From: Pseudomonadota bacterium
Lineage (GTDB): Bacteria > Pseudomonadota > Alphaproteobacteria > SHVZ01
Assembly (NCBI GenBank): GCA_016195085.1
Contig: JACQAG010000054.1
Location: forward strand, 7,045-71,044
DNA: 64,000 bases
Reading direction: 5' to 3'
Shown here: piece by piece, positions 1 through 8,160 of the stretch
How positions within the stretch are numbered: the first letter of the stretch is position 1
How the letters are laid out: each line of letters begins with the position of its first letter
Notes under the pieces: model-generated
What the model was told of the DNA's origin: nothing
The model's database searches: none
What the model saw: only the letters and a program-made list of their open reading frames with translations
Position numbers and translations under genes: made by a program

Positions 1-1258
1 TGATGAAGGTGGCGGCGACCGGGTGGTTGACCGTGGGATTGGCGCCGATGACGACGATGACGTCGGCGTTGGCGCATTCGGAGACCGGTGCGGTGACCGC
101 CCCCGAGCCGATGGTCTCCATCAGGGCCGCCACCGAGGAGGCGTGGCAGAGCCGGGTGCAATGGTCGACATTGTTGGTGCCGAAGCCGGTGCGGACCAGC
201 TTCTGGAAGAGGAACGCCTCTTCATTCGAGCCCTTGGCGGAGCCGAAGCCGGCGAGCGCATTGCCGCCATCGGTCTCGCGGATGCGCTTCAACCCCTGGG
301 CGGCGGCGTCGAGCGCCTCGTCCCAGCCGGCTGGGCGGAAATGGGTCCAGGGATTGGCGGGATCGCAATCGAGCGACCGGTCCTTGGGCGCGTCCTGGCG
401 CCGGATCATCGGCTGGGTCAGCCGGTGGCGGTGGTGGACATAGTCGAAGCCGTAGCGGCCCTTGACGCAGAGCCGGTTGTGGTTCGCCGGACCGTCGCGG
501 CCGTCGACCGAAACGAGCTTGCCCTCCTTCATATTGAAAGTGAGCTGGCAGCCGACGCCGCAATAGGGACAAAGCGAGTCGACGGCCTTGTCCGGCGTCA
601 CCGCCTTGCGGCCGGCCATGTCGAGGAGCGAGGCCGGCATCAAGGCCCCGGTCGGACAGGCCTGCACGCATTCCCCGCAGCCCACGCAGGTCGACTGGCC
701 CATGGGATCGTCGAAGTCGAAGACGATCTTCGAGTCATGGCCGCGATAAGCCATGCCGATGACGTCGTTCACCTGCACCTCGCGGCAGGCGCGCACGCAG
801 AGCCCACATTGGATGCAGGCATCGAGATGAACCCCGATCGCCGGATGGCTGCGGTCCGGGGTCGGGGCGCCGCGGCCGGCAAAGCGGCTGGAGGCCACAC
901 CCATGCGCTCGGCCCATTGCCAGATGAGGGCATTGGGGTCATGGCTGTCGTTGCGCTGGGGCTGATCGGCCAGCAGCAGCTCCATGATCATCGCCCGCGC
1001 CTTCTTGGCGCGCTCCGAGCCGGTGGTGACGCGCATGCCGGCCTTGGGCTTGCGGATGCAGGAGGCGGCCAGCACGCGCTCGCCTGCGATCTCGACCATG
1101 CAGGCCCGGCAATTGCCGTCGGGGCGATAGCCCGGCGCCGGCTTGAAGCAGAGATGCGGGATCTCGGTTCCTTGCCGGTTCGCCACCTGCCAGATGGTCT
1201 CCTCGGGACTGGCCTCGACCTCGCGCCCGTCGAGCTGGAAGCGGATGAGTTCGCTCAT
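1..1258 (-). CDS. fdsA: NAD-dependent formate dehydrogenase alpha subunit (FdsA/NuoG-like), 3'-truncated by window edge
   Basis: Minus-strand translation from ATG at 1258 (MSELIRFQLDGREVEA...) shows 2Fe-2S and 4Fe-4S Cys motifs (CRACMVE, CIQCGLCVRAC, CVGCGECVQACP) and a molybdopterin-oxidoreductase N-terminus. Absent from the ORF track because no in-window stop. ATGA overlap with fdsB. Confidence 0.85.
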   Translation of the reverse strand, partial: MSELIRFQLDGREVEASPEETIWQVANRQGTEIPHLCFKPAPGYRPDGNCRACMVEIAGERVLAASCIRKPKAGMRVTTGSERAKKARAMIMELLLADQPQRNDSHDPNALIWQWAERMGVASSRFAGRGAPTPDRSHPAIGVHLDACIQCGLCVRACREVQVNDVIGMAYRGHDSKIVFDFDDPMGQSTCVGCGECVQACPTGALMPASLLDMAGRKAVTPDKAVDSLCPYCGVGCQLTFNMKEGKLVSVDGRDGPANHNRLCVKGRYGFDYVHHRHRLTQPMIRRQDAPKDRSLDCDPANPWTHFRPAGWDEALDAAAQGLKRIRETDGGNALAGFGSAKGSNEEAFLFQKLVRTGFGTNNVDHCTRLCHASSVAALMETIGSGAVTAPVSECANADVIVVIGANPTVNHPVAATFI

Positions 1259-2958
1259 GCGAAGTCCTCTGGAAAATAGCGGAGCGCTGTCAGCATCGGA
1301 TTGGGTGCCGCCTGGCCCAAGCCGCAAATCGACGCATCCTGCATGGCGGTGCTGAGCTCGCTCAAGAGGGGGCGGTCCCATCGGGGCTGGCCCAAGAGGG
1401 CGGCCGCCTTCTCGGTGCCGACCCGGCAGGGCGTGCATTGGCCACAGCTCTCATGGGCGAAGAAGCGCATGAGGTTGTGGGCGGCCATGCGCACATCGTC
1501 CTGATCGGAGAGCACCACCACCGCGGCCGAGCCGATGAAGCAGCCATGGGGCTCGAGCGTGCCGAAGTCGAGGGGGAGATCGGCCATGCTCGCCGGCAGA
1601 ATACCCCCCGAGGCGCCGCCCGGCAGATAGCCCTTGAAGCGATGGCCCGCAGCCATGCCGCCGCAGAAATCATCGATCAGACGACGGACGGTAATCCCCG
1701 CCGGGGCGATCTTGACGCCCGGTTGCTTGACCCGGCCGGAGACCGAGAAGGTGTGGAGCCCCTTGCGCCCGTTCTCGCCTTGGCCCACGAACCAGGCGGC
1801 GCCGCGCTCGACGATGTCGCGCACCCAATGGAGCGTCTCGACATTGTTGATGAGCGTCGGCCGGCCGAACAACCCGACCTCGGAGGGGTAGGGCGGTTTG
1901 TGCCGCGGCAGGCCGCGCTTGCCCTCGATGCTTTCCAGCATCGCCGACTCTTCACCGCAGATATAGGCGCCGGCGCCGCGCCTGAGCTCGATCTCCAGCC
2001 CTTGGCTGAGCCCGCTCTCGGCCAGCGCCTTCAGCTCCTCGCCGAGGAGTGCCCTGATGCCGGGATACTCGTCGCGGAGATAGACGTAGATCGACTTCGC
2101 CTCGATCGCCCAGGCGCCGATCAGCATGCCCTCCAGCATCCGGTGCGGGTCGGTCTCCAGGAAGTAGCGGTCCTTGAAGGTTCCGGGCTCGCCCTCATCG
2201 GCATTGATCGCCAAGAGCCGCGGAGCGGGCTGCTGGCGAACCAGGCGCCACTTCTGACCGGTCGGAAAGCCGGCACCGCCGAGGCCGCGCAATCCCGCCT
2301 GCTCCAAGACGGCGATGATCTCTTCGGGCTTGCGGCGCCCGGCTCGGCAGGCTTCGAGCAATTGGTACCCGCCATCCCGGCGGTAGCTCGCCAGGCGGCG
2401 ATGGCTGATCGGCTGCGGCGTGGTTTCCCCCGCAACCAGGGCGGCGCGGATGCTGGCGGCATCGGCATGCGCGATCAATCTTTGGCCGACATGGACGGCG
2501 GGTGCCTTGTCGCAGGCGCCGATGCAAGGCGCCGGCACGACGCGAACGCCGGGGCCGACATCGGCGGCGAGCGCCGCCATGAGACGCTCGGCGCCGGCCA
2601 AGGCGCAGCTCAAGGAGTCGCAAACCCTGACCGTGACCGCAGCCGGAGCGGGCGCGCCGTCCTCGATCATATCGAAGTGGTGATAGAAGGTGGCGACCTC
2701 GTAGACCTCGGCCAGCGGCAGCTTGAGCTCATGGGCCAGTGCCGCCAGCAAGCCGGCCGGCAGCCCGCGATGGCGATCCTGAACGAGATGCAGATATTCG
2801 ATCAGCAGATCGCGGCGGCGCGGGCCGGGACCCAACAGCGTGCGGATCTCGGCCAGCGCTTGGCCATCGACCTGCCGACCCTTCGGCTGCGGTCTCGCCT
2901 TGCCGCGGCCGGCGCCGTGGTGGCGCGGCTTCCCCCCGGCAACTTCGTTATCGGGCAT
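1255..2958 (-). CDS. fdsB: formate dehydrogenase beta subunit (NuoF-like 51 kDa FMN/NADH-binding with N-terminal NuoE-like thioredoxin-fold 2Fe-2S domain)
   Basis: 567 aa ORF. NuoF-like motifs (GLRGLGGAGFPTG, ESCGQCTPCR) plus an N-terminal 2Fe-2S thioredoxin-like segment (VCDSLSC...CIGACD). N-terminal ~45 aa are basic/Pro-rich, so the true start may be downstream. Confidence 0.85.
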   Translation of the reverse strand: MPDNEVAGGKPRHHGAGRGKARPQPKGRQVDGQALAEIRTLLGPGPRRRDLLIEYLHLVQDRHRGLPAGLLAALAHELKLPLAEVYEVATFYHHFDMIEDGAPAPAAVTVRVCDSLSCALAGAERLMAALAADVGPGVRVVPAPCIGACDKAPAVHVGQRLIAHADAASIRAALVAGETTPQPISHRRLASYRRDGGYQLLEACRAGRRKPEEIIAVLEQAGLRGLGGAGFPTGQKWRLVRQQPAPRLLAINADEGEPGTFKDRYFLETDPHRMLEGMLIGAWAIEAKSIYVYLRDEYPGIRALLGEELKALAESGLSQGLEIELRRGAGAYICGEESAMLESIEGKRGLPRHKPPYPSEVGLFGRPTLINNVETLHWVRDIVERGAAWFVGQGENGRKGLHTFSVSGRVKQPGVKIAPAGITVRRLIDDFCGGMAAGHRFKGYLPGGASGGILPASMADLPLDFGTLEPHGCFIGSAAVVVLSDQDDVRMAAHNLMRFFAHESCGQCTPCRVGTEKAAALLGQPRWDRPLLSELSTAMQDASICGLGQAAPNPMLTALRYFPEDFA

Positions 2959-3100
2959 TCCTTCTTTCCTCCGCGGGTTGCCGGGATTCTATTCCCGTCC
3001 CCGATGGCCGTGCCCCGTCCGGCAGCTCCCGAACCTGCTTACCTCGTCGCACCAAGCTCACGCCAATTTGCCCCTGTGATCGCCGCATCGGTCGGCGCCA

Positions 3101-3355
3101 TCATTTTTGATCGTCATTTGGCCCGACCGGGTCGAGACTGATGATGTCGCTGTTGATCAGGCGCTTGCCTGCATGCTCGAAATTGACCGTTACCCGGTTG
3201 CCGATTGCGGACTGCACCTGTCCGATGCCCCAGTCGGGCTGCCCCGGGTGCCGCACCAATGTGCCGGGAGTGATCTGCTGGGACAAGCCTGTCGCTCGCG
3301 AAGCTAAGATTGCAGTATAGGAAATCTCCGCGGCGCGTTGAAGGCCGCCCAGCAA
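3101..3355 (-). CDS. small DUF3553-like protein
   Basis: 84 aa. Motif TPGTLVRHPGQPDWGIGQVQSAIGNRVTVNFE matches, from memory, the alphaproteobacterial DUF3553 signature. Start uncertain. Confidence 0.45.
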   Translation of the reverse strand: MLGGLQRAAEISYTAILASRATGLSQQITPGTLVRHPGQPDWGIGQVQSAIGNRVTVNFEHAGKRLINSDIISLDPVGPNDDQK

Positions 3356-3371
3356 GAGGCTCCGAGAACCC

Positions 3372-4004
3372 GTGTCATCGAGTATTCATCTAGGGGAGCT
3401 GCTGATCTCGCGCATCTGCCATGACCTCGCCAGTCCGGTCGGCGCGGTCATGAGCGGTCTCGAGCTCATCGAGGAATTCGAAGGCGAAACCGCCGACGAT
3501 GCGCTCAGGCTGATGGCCGATAGCGCGCGCATCGCTGCCCGGCGCATGGCCTTCTATCGGCTGGCCTTCGGCTTTGCCGGCAATGCCGCAAATCTGTCCC
3601 TGGCCGAGGCGCGCGCCCTGCTCATGGACTTTTTGGTCGGCGGGCGGGCCAGGCTGGACTGGCCGGAAGCCACCGACGTCGCCAATCATTGCCCCGAGGA
3701 AGGGGGCGTCAAGCTCCTGCTGATGCTTGTCTTCGTTGCGCTCGAAGCCTTGCCCCGCGGCGGCACGGTCGCCGTCGGGTTCGATCTGGCGGGGGGGATC
3801 GCCCGGATCCAGGCGCAGGGGCCCGGCGCTCGGATCGCGCCTGCGAACGAGGCGGCTCTCACCGGCGCCGAGGACATCCTCCAGCGCCTGGATGCGGGAA
3901 CCGCGCCGTCCTACTACGCGGGTCGCCTGGCCCAGAGGCTCGGTGCGGGGCTCATGCTCGAGCCCGGCACCGATCGCCTCAGCCTATCGGCGCGGCTGCC
4001 CTAG
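3372..4004 (+). CDS. chpT: histidine phosphotransferase ChpT (CckA-ChpT-CtrA phosphorelay)
   Basis: 210 aa. N-terminal [12 protein letters not shown] HisKA-like motif typical of ChpT, and ChpT-like length. Convergent and stop-overlapping with ctrA. Confidence 0.75.
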   Translation: MSSSIHLGELLISRICHDLASPVGAVMSGLELIEEFEGETADDALRLMADSARIAARRMAFYRLAFGFAGNAANLSLAEARALLMDFLVGGRARLDWPEATDVANHCPEEGGVKLLLMLVFVALEALPRGGTVAVGFDLAGGIARIQAQGPGARIAPANEAALTGAEDILQRLDAGTAPSYYAGRLAQRLGAGLMLEPGTDRLSLSARLP

Positions 4005-4732
4005 GCGATCGCCGGTTCCTTGGCGGCGCCGCGAGCGCGCTTCGGCGGCTCTTCGGCCTGCGGGTCGCGGAGCACATAGCCCCGGCCCCAGACCGTCTCG
4101 ATGTAGTTCTCGCCGTCGGTCGCCAGCATCAGCTTCTTGCGCAGCTTGCAGACGAAGACGTCGATGATCTTGTGCTCGGGCTCGTCCATGCCGCCGTAGA
4201 GATGATTGAGGAACATCTCCTTGGTGAGCGTGCTGCCCTTCCTGAGGGCCAAGAGCTCGAGGATGCTGTACTCCTTGCCGGTCAAGTGCACCGGCTTGCC
4301 GTCCGCTTCGACCAGGCGCTGGGCGATGTTGATGGTGAGCTTGCCGGTCCGGATGAGCGGGTCGGAATGGCCTTTGGAGCGCCGCACGATCGCCTGGATG
4401 CGGGCGATGAGCTCACGCCGATCGAAGGGCTTGGTCATGTAGTCGTCGGCACCGATGCCGAGGCCCTTGATCTTGTCGTCGGGTGCCGCCAATCCCGACA
4501 GGATCAGGATCGGCGTCTGGATCTTGGCGGCGCGCAGCCGGCGCAGCACCTCGTAGCCGTCGATGTCGGGAAGCATGAGATCGAGAAGGATGATGTCGTA
4601 GTCGTAGAGCTTCCCGATCTCCAGGCCGTCTTCGCCGAACTCGGAGATGTCGACGACGAAGCCGCTCGACTTCAGCATCAGCTCCAGGCTGCGTGCCGTC
4701 GCCGAATCGTCTTCCACCAAGAGAATGCGCAT
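4001..4732 (-). CDS. ctrA: cell-cycle response regulator CtrA (OmpR family)
   Basis: MRILLVEDD...[12 protein letters not shown] receiver plus winged-helix C-terminus ...[10 protein letters not shown]. Start ATG at 4732 with GGGAGGGG SD; the longer ORF-track start (4756) is rejected. Confidence 0.9.
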   Translation of the reverse strand: MRILLVEDDSATARSLELMLKSSGFVVDISEFGEDGLEIGKLYDYDIILLDLMLPDIDGYEVLRRLRAAKIQTPILILSGLAAPDDKIKGLGIGADDYMTKPFDRRELIARIQAIVRRSKGHSDPLIRTGKLTINIAQRLVEADGKPVHLTGKEYSILELLALRKGSTLTKEMFLNHLYGGMDEPEHKIIDVFVCKLRKKLMLATDGENYIETVWGRGYVLRDPQAEEPPKRARGAAKEPAIA

Positions 4733-4770
4733 AAGCCACCCCTCCCACTGGCACACACAACCTAAAGATA

Positions 4771-4797
4771 TTAACCGTTCCTGAAGGAATGGTTAAC
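4771..4797. promoter_or_regulatory. imperfect 26-bp palindrome TTAACCGTTCC-N4-GGAATGGTTAA(C) in the ctrA/fliI divergent promoter region
   Basis: Read directly: ttaaccgttcctgaaggaatggttaac. Arms contain TTAAC (CtrA half-site) and, on the bottom strand, GTTAACCATT (resembles the SciP/CtrA-type motif). Confidence 0.4.
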
Positions 4798-4879
4798 GAC
4801 GTAGCAACAACCGCGGCCCGGGCGTGCGGAATGTGTCCTTTCCTGCTATGATACGCCTCCGCGGGGCAGGGGTTTCCCG

Positions 4880-6226
4880 ATGCTGATCAATCCGTTGCGG
4901 CAGGCAGTGAAAGAGGTGGAGAAGCTGCCGGAATACCGCCTTTACGGCCGCGTTGCCTCGGTTTTAGGCATGATGGTGGAGGTGGGCGGGGTCGAGCGGC
5001 AGCTTTCCATCGGCGATCGCTGTCTCCTCATGGCCCGCGGCGGCCGCCGGGTCCCCTGCGAGGTGGTGGGGTTCCGGCAGAACCGGGCCTTGGTCATGCC
5101 CTTCGTCCCGCTCGAAGGGGTGGGTGTGGGCAGCCGCGCCGAGGTGGCGGAGTCGGAGCCGGTGGTGTTTCCCGATGAAGCCTGGCTCGGCCGCGTGGTC
5201 AACGCCATGGGCGAGCCGGTCGACGGCAAGGGCCCGCTGGTGAATGGCCGGCAGGGCTATCCGCTTCGCGCCCAGCCGCCGAAGGCGCATGAGCGCGCCA
5301 GGCTCGGCGGCAAGATCGATCTGGGCGTGCGCGGGCTCAACACCTTCCTCACCACCGTCATGGGCCAGCGCATGGGCATCTTCGCCGGCTCCGGCGTGGG
5401 CAAGTCGGTGCTGATGTCGATGATCGCCCGCTACACCTCGGCCGATGTCAACGTCATCGGGCTCGTCGGCGAGCGCGGACGCGAGGTGCAGGAGTTCATC
5501 CAGGACATTCTCGGTCCCGAAGGCCTGGCACGATCGGTCATCGTGGTCGCGACTTCGGACGAGTCGCCGCTGATGCGCCGGCAAGCTGCCTATCTCACGC
5601 TCGCCATCTCCGAATTTTTCCGCGACCTCGGCAAAGAGGTGCTCTGCCTCATCGACAGCATCACCCGCTTTGCCATGGCGCAGCGCGAGATCGGGCTCTC
5701 GGCGGGCGAGCCGCCCGCGAGCAAGGGCTATACGCCGACCGTGTTCGGCGAGCTGCCGCGCCTGTTGGAGCGCGCCGGGCCCGGCATCGGCAAGGGCAAC
5801 ATCACCGGACTCTTCGCCGTGCTGGTGGAAGGCGACGACCATAACGAGCCGATCGCCGACTCGGTGCGCGGCATCATCGACGGCCATATCGTGCTGGAAC
5901 GGCATATTGCCGAGCGCGGCCGCTATCCGGCGATCAACATCATGAGGAGCATCAGCCGCGCCATGCCGGCCTGCAATACGCCGGAGGAGAACCGCCTGGT
6001 GGTCAAGGCGCGTTCGCTCCTCAGCCTTTATGAGGATATGGCCGAGCTCATCCGCCTCGGCGCCTATCGCCGCGGCAGCGACCCAAGAGTGGACGAAGCG
6101 ATCGCCTATTACCCGGCGCTCGAGCGCTTCCTCGCCCAGGACAAGGATGAGCGCTGCGACCTGGAAACCGGCTATGCGCAGCTCGGCCAGATCCTGGACA
6201 ATCCCCCCGTCGGCGATCAGGTCTAG
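4880..6226 (+). CDS. fliI: flagellum-specific ATP synthase FliI
   Basis: 448 aa. Walker A GSGVGKS, Walker [12 protein letters not shown], FliI/T3SS ATPase throughout. Confidence 0.95.
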   Translation: MLINPLRQAVKEVEKLPEYRLYGRVASVLGMMVEVGGVERQLSIGDRCLLMARGGRRVPCEVVGFRQNRALVMPFVPLEGVGVGSRAEVAESEPVVFPDEAWLGRVVNAMGEPVDGKGPLVNGRQGYPLRAQPPKAHERARLGGKIDLGVRGLNTFLTTVMGQRMGIFAGSGVGKSVLMSMIARYTSADVNVIGLVGERGREVQEFIQDILGPEGLARSVIVVATSDESPLMRRQAAYLTLAISEFFRDLGKEVLCLIDSITRFAMAQREIGLSAGEPPASKGYTPTVFGELPRLLERAGPGIGKGNITGLFAVLVEGDDHNEPIADSVRGIIDGHIVLERHIAERGRYPAINIMRSISRAMPACNTPEENRLVVKARSLLSLYEDMAELIRLGAYRRGSDPRVDEAIAYYPALERFLAQDKDERCDLETGYAQLGQILDNPPVGDQV

Positions 6227-6237
6227 CGCGGTAGACG

Positions 6238-6666
6238 GTGAAGAGCCTCTCCAGCCTCATACGCCTGGTCAAATGGCGCATCGACGAGAAGCGCCGGGAG
6301 CTCATGGACCGCGAGAGCGAAGCCGAGGCGCTTCGGTGGAAGCTGCAGCAGGGCGAGGAGGAGATCCGCGCCGAGCAGGCATGGGCCAAAACCACCTTCG
6401 AGGCGGGCCTGGGATACGGTGCCTATGCGCGGCGCGCCATCCAGCGGCGCGCCATGCTGACCCAGGCCTTGGCCGAGGCCGAGGCCAAAGTCGAGGTCGT
6501 CCGTGCCGAGCTCGCCGATCTCTTTTTGGAGCAGAAGCAATACGAGATCACCCAGGCAAACCGTGAAAGGCGCGAGCGCGAGCGCCTGGCCAAGATCGAG
6601 CAAGGCGAGCTGGACGAGATCGCGCTCAACCAGCACAAGGCCAAGAAGGTGGACGCCGCGGGCTAA
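6238..6666 (+). CDS. fliJ: flagellar export chaperone FliJ
   Basis: 142 aa coiled-coil, charged protein directly downstream of fliI (conserved fliI-fliJ order). GTG start. Confidence 0.65.
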   Translation: MKSLSSLIRLVKWRIDEKRRELMDRESEAEALRWKLQQGEEEIRAEQAWAKTTFEAGLGYGAYARRAIQRRAMLTQALAEAEAKVEVVRAELADLFLEQKQYEITQANRERRERERLAKIEQGELDEIALNQHKAKKVDAAG

Positions 6667-6710
6667 ATATTCGGATTCGATCGTCGTCGCGCAGGCGACG
6701 CGAAGAAACA

Positions 6711-6859
6711 GACCCTCACCCCAGCCCTCTCCCGCGATGCGGGAGAGGGAGAGAGAGGTGGCGGTCACCCCCTCTCCCGCTGGGGGTGGACTTTGGGAGG
6801 GGGTGGGGATCACCCCCTCCCCGACCCTCCCCGGGCGGGAGAGGGCTGGGGTGAGGGTC
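6711..6859. repeat. REP/MITE-like element: 25-bp perfect inverted repeat arms (6711-6735 / 6835-6859) enclosing nested G/C-rich palindromes
   Basis: gaccctcaccccagccctctcccgc ... gcgggagagggctggggtgagggtc are exact reverse complements. Interior has further palindromes (gcgggagaggg/ccctctcccgc; gggagggggtgggg/ccccctcccc). Lies between the convergent fliJ and VOC genes. Confidence 0.7.
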
Positions 6860-6867
6860 CTCACTGA

Positions 6868-7719
6868 TCAACGCCGGTTCTCGCGGAAGCGCAGGATGAC
6901 GCCGCAGGCATCCTCAGGAGCTACGCGGAGGAGATCGTCTTCCTCCTGGAAGCTCACGCCGTTCCTCTCGAGCAAGCCGCTGGTCTCGGCGAGCGCGGCG
7001 ACGGCGAGAGTGATCGCCGACAGATAGGGCAGGGCCACGCCGGCGAGCGCCACGCGCCGTTGCTCGGCTTCGGCTTGGGTCATGAACTCGAGCCGCGCGC
7101 CGCCTCCGGCGTCGACCACGAGCCGGCCGTTCGCTTCACGAACCGCGGCGGCGCCGAACAGCGTCTCCTGCTGCCGCCGGACGAGGGTGATGTCGGCGAC
7201 CACGGCGGTGAGCGCGGCGACGGCCAGGCTACCATTGGCGTGGCGCGTCCATTCGGGGCGGCGGATCAGCTCCGGCGTCAGATGCTGGCAAACGAGCGAG
7301 GCCATCAATCCCTCGGTCTGCCGCTGATCGAAGAACACCAGGCGGAAGCGGGGATGGACCTCGCCTTCGGCGAGCTCGAAGCGGCGGGTGAGCTCGCGGG
7401 GCGTCGTCGCGTCCAGCCCGCAGGCGCGGGCAAGACTGTAGGTTTCATCGGCCGAGCGCGGGACGAAGGCGACGCCCATCAGGCCTTCGCGCCGCTCGAG
7501 GAAGCCGTCGAGGCCATGCAGGTAGCGCTCGGCATCGACGATGCCGCGCAGCTCCAGATAGTCCCTCTGAAACATGATGCACCAATTGCCGGTGCCCCAT
7601 TCCAGATGGCTGCCGCGGGGTGGAATGGTGAAGCCCAGGCGCTGGTAGAAGCCGCGCGCCGCCGCCATGTCGCGGACGGCGATGACGGGGTGATCGATGC
7701 CGATGATCCCGATGCTCAT
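6868..7719 (-). CDS. VOC (glyoxalase/bleomycin-resistance/extradiol dioxygenase) family protein, two-module
   Basis: 283 aa. Two glyoxalase-like halves (VAVRDMAAARGFYQRLGF...; ...HANGSLAVAALTAVVADI). Weak by-eye family call. Confidence 0.5.
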   Translation of the reverse strand: MSIGIIGIDHPVIAVRDMAAARGFYQRLGFTIPPRGSHLEWGTGNWCIMFQRDYLELRGIVDAERYLHGLDGFLERREGLMGVAFVPRSADETYSLARACGLDATTPRELTRRFELAEGEVHPRFRLVFFDQRQTEGLMASLVCQHLTPELIRRPEWTRHANGSLAVAALTAVVADITLVRRQQETLFGAAAVREANGRLVVDAGGGARLEFMTQAEAEQRRVALAGVALPYLSAITLAVAALAETSGLLERNGVSFQEEDDLLRVAPEDACGVILRFRENRR

Positions 7720-7727
7720 CCCTTGCC

Positions 7728-8102
7728 TCAGCCCCGCTTCTGCTGGGCCAACAGCTCGGGATTGCTCCAGCCGGGCTGGCGGTCCTCGACGACGACGCTG
7801 TGCTCGACCGCTTGCGGCATCCCCGCGCGCTTTCCGGCCCGGATCTCGATCATGGTCCAGCGCGGCACGATTTCGTTGTTGAGATCATCCAGCATGGCAA
7901 GGGTCATGGCTTCGAGGGACAGCCAGGGTTGCTGGGAGAGAAGGGCAAGATAGGTCTCGAGCGCGGCAGGCTGCAGGATGTCGCGGTCCGGCACATAGCA
8001 GAGGCGCACGCTCAAGTCGTTCTTGCCGACCGTGCCCAGATCCGCCTCCAGGCGCACGACATAGTCGACCTGGCCCGAGGGATTGGGCTCGCTCGCCAAG
8101 AG
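7728..8102 (-). CDS. QueF-like T-fold protein lacking the catalytic Cys (hypothetical)
   Basis: By-eye alignment to unimodular QueF (YkvM): YVPDRDIL..ALETYL vs YIPDEKMVESKSLKLYL; EAMTLAMLDDL vs EDCMNIIMNDL; PRWTMIEIRAGKRAG vs PRYIEVWGKFTPRGG. The QueF CP(K)TGQPD thioimide Cys motif is absent. Start set at TTG ~8102; the ORF-track extension to 8369 overlaps the upstream gene and is rejected. Confidence 0.35.
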   Translation of the reverse strand, partial: LLASEPNPSGQVDYVVRLEADLGTVGKNDLSVRLCYVPDRDILQPAALETYLALLSQQPWLSLEAMTLAMLDDLNNEIVPRWTMIEIRAGKRAGMPQAVEHSVVVEDRQPGWSNPELLAQQKRG

Positions 8103-8160
8103 CCGACGACGTTCGCTGCGGGCTTCGGGAGTCGGCAAGGCTGGACCTCGGAGCCGCGCG

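Noticed and set aside
23-1279. 418-aa plus-strand ORF across the start of the window
   Set aside because: Antisense to the clearly coding fdsA frame. Gly/Ala/Arg-rich, low-complexity translation typical of spurious ORFs in ~70% GC DNA.
1438-3141. 567-aa plus-strand ORF
   Set aside because: Mirror-image of fdsB on the opposite strand. No recognisable motifs, while the minus-strand frame has unmistakable NuoF/NuoE motifs.
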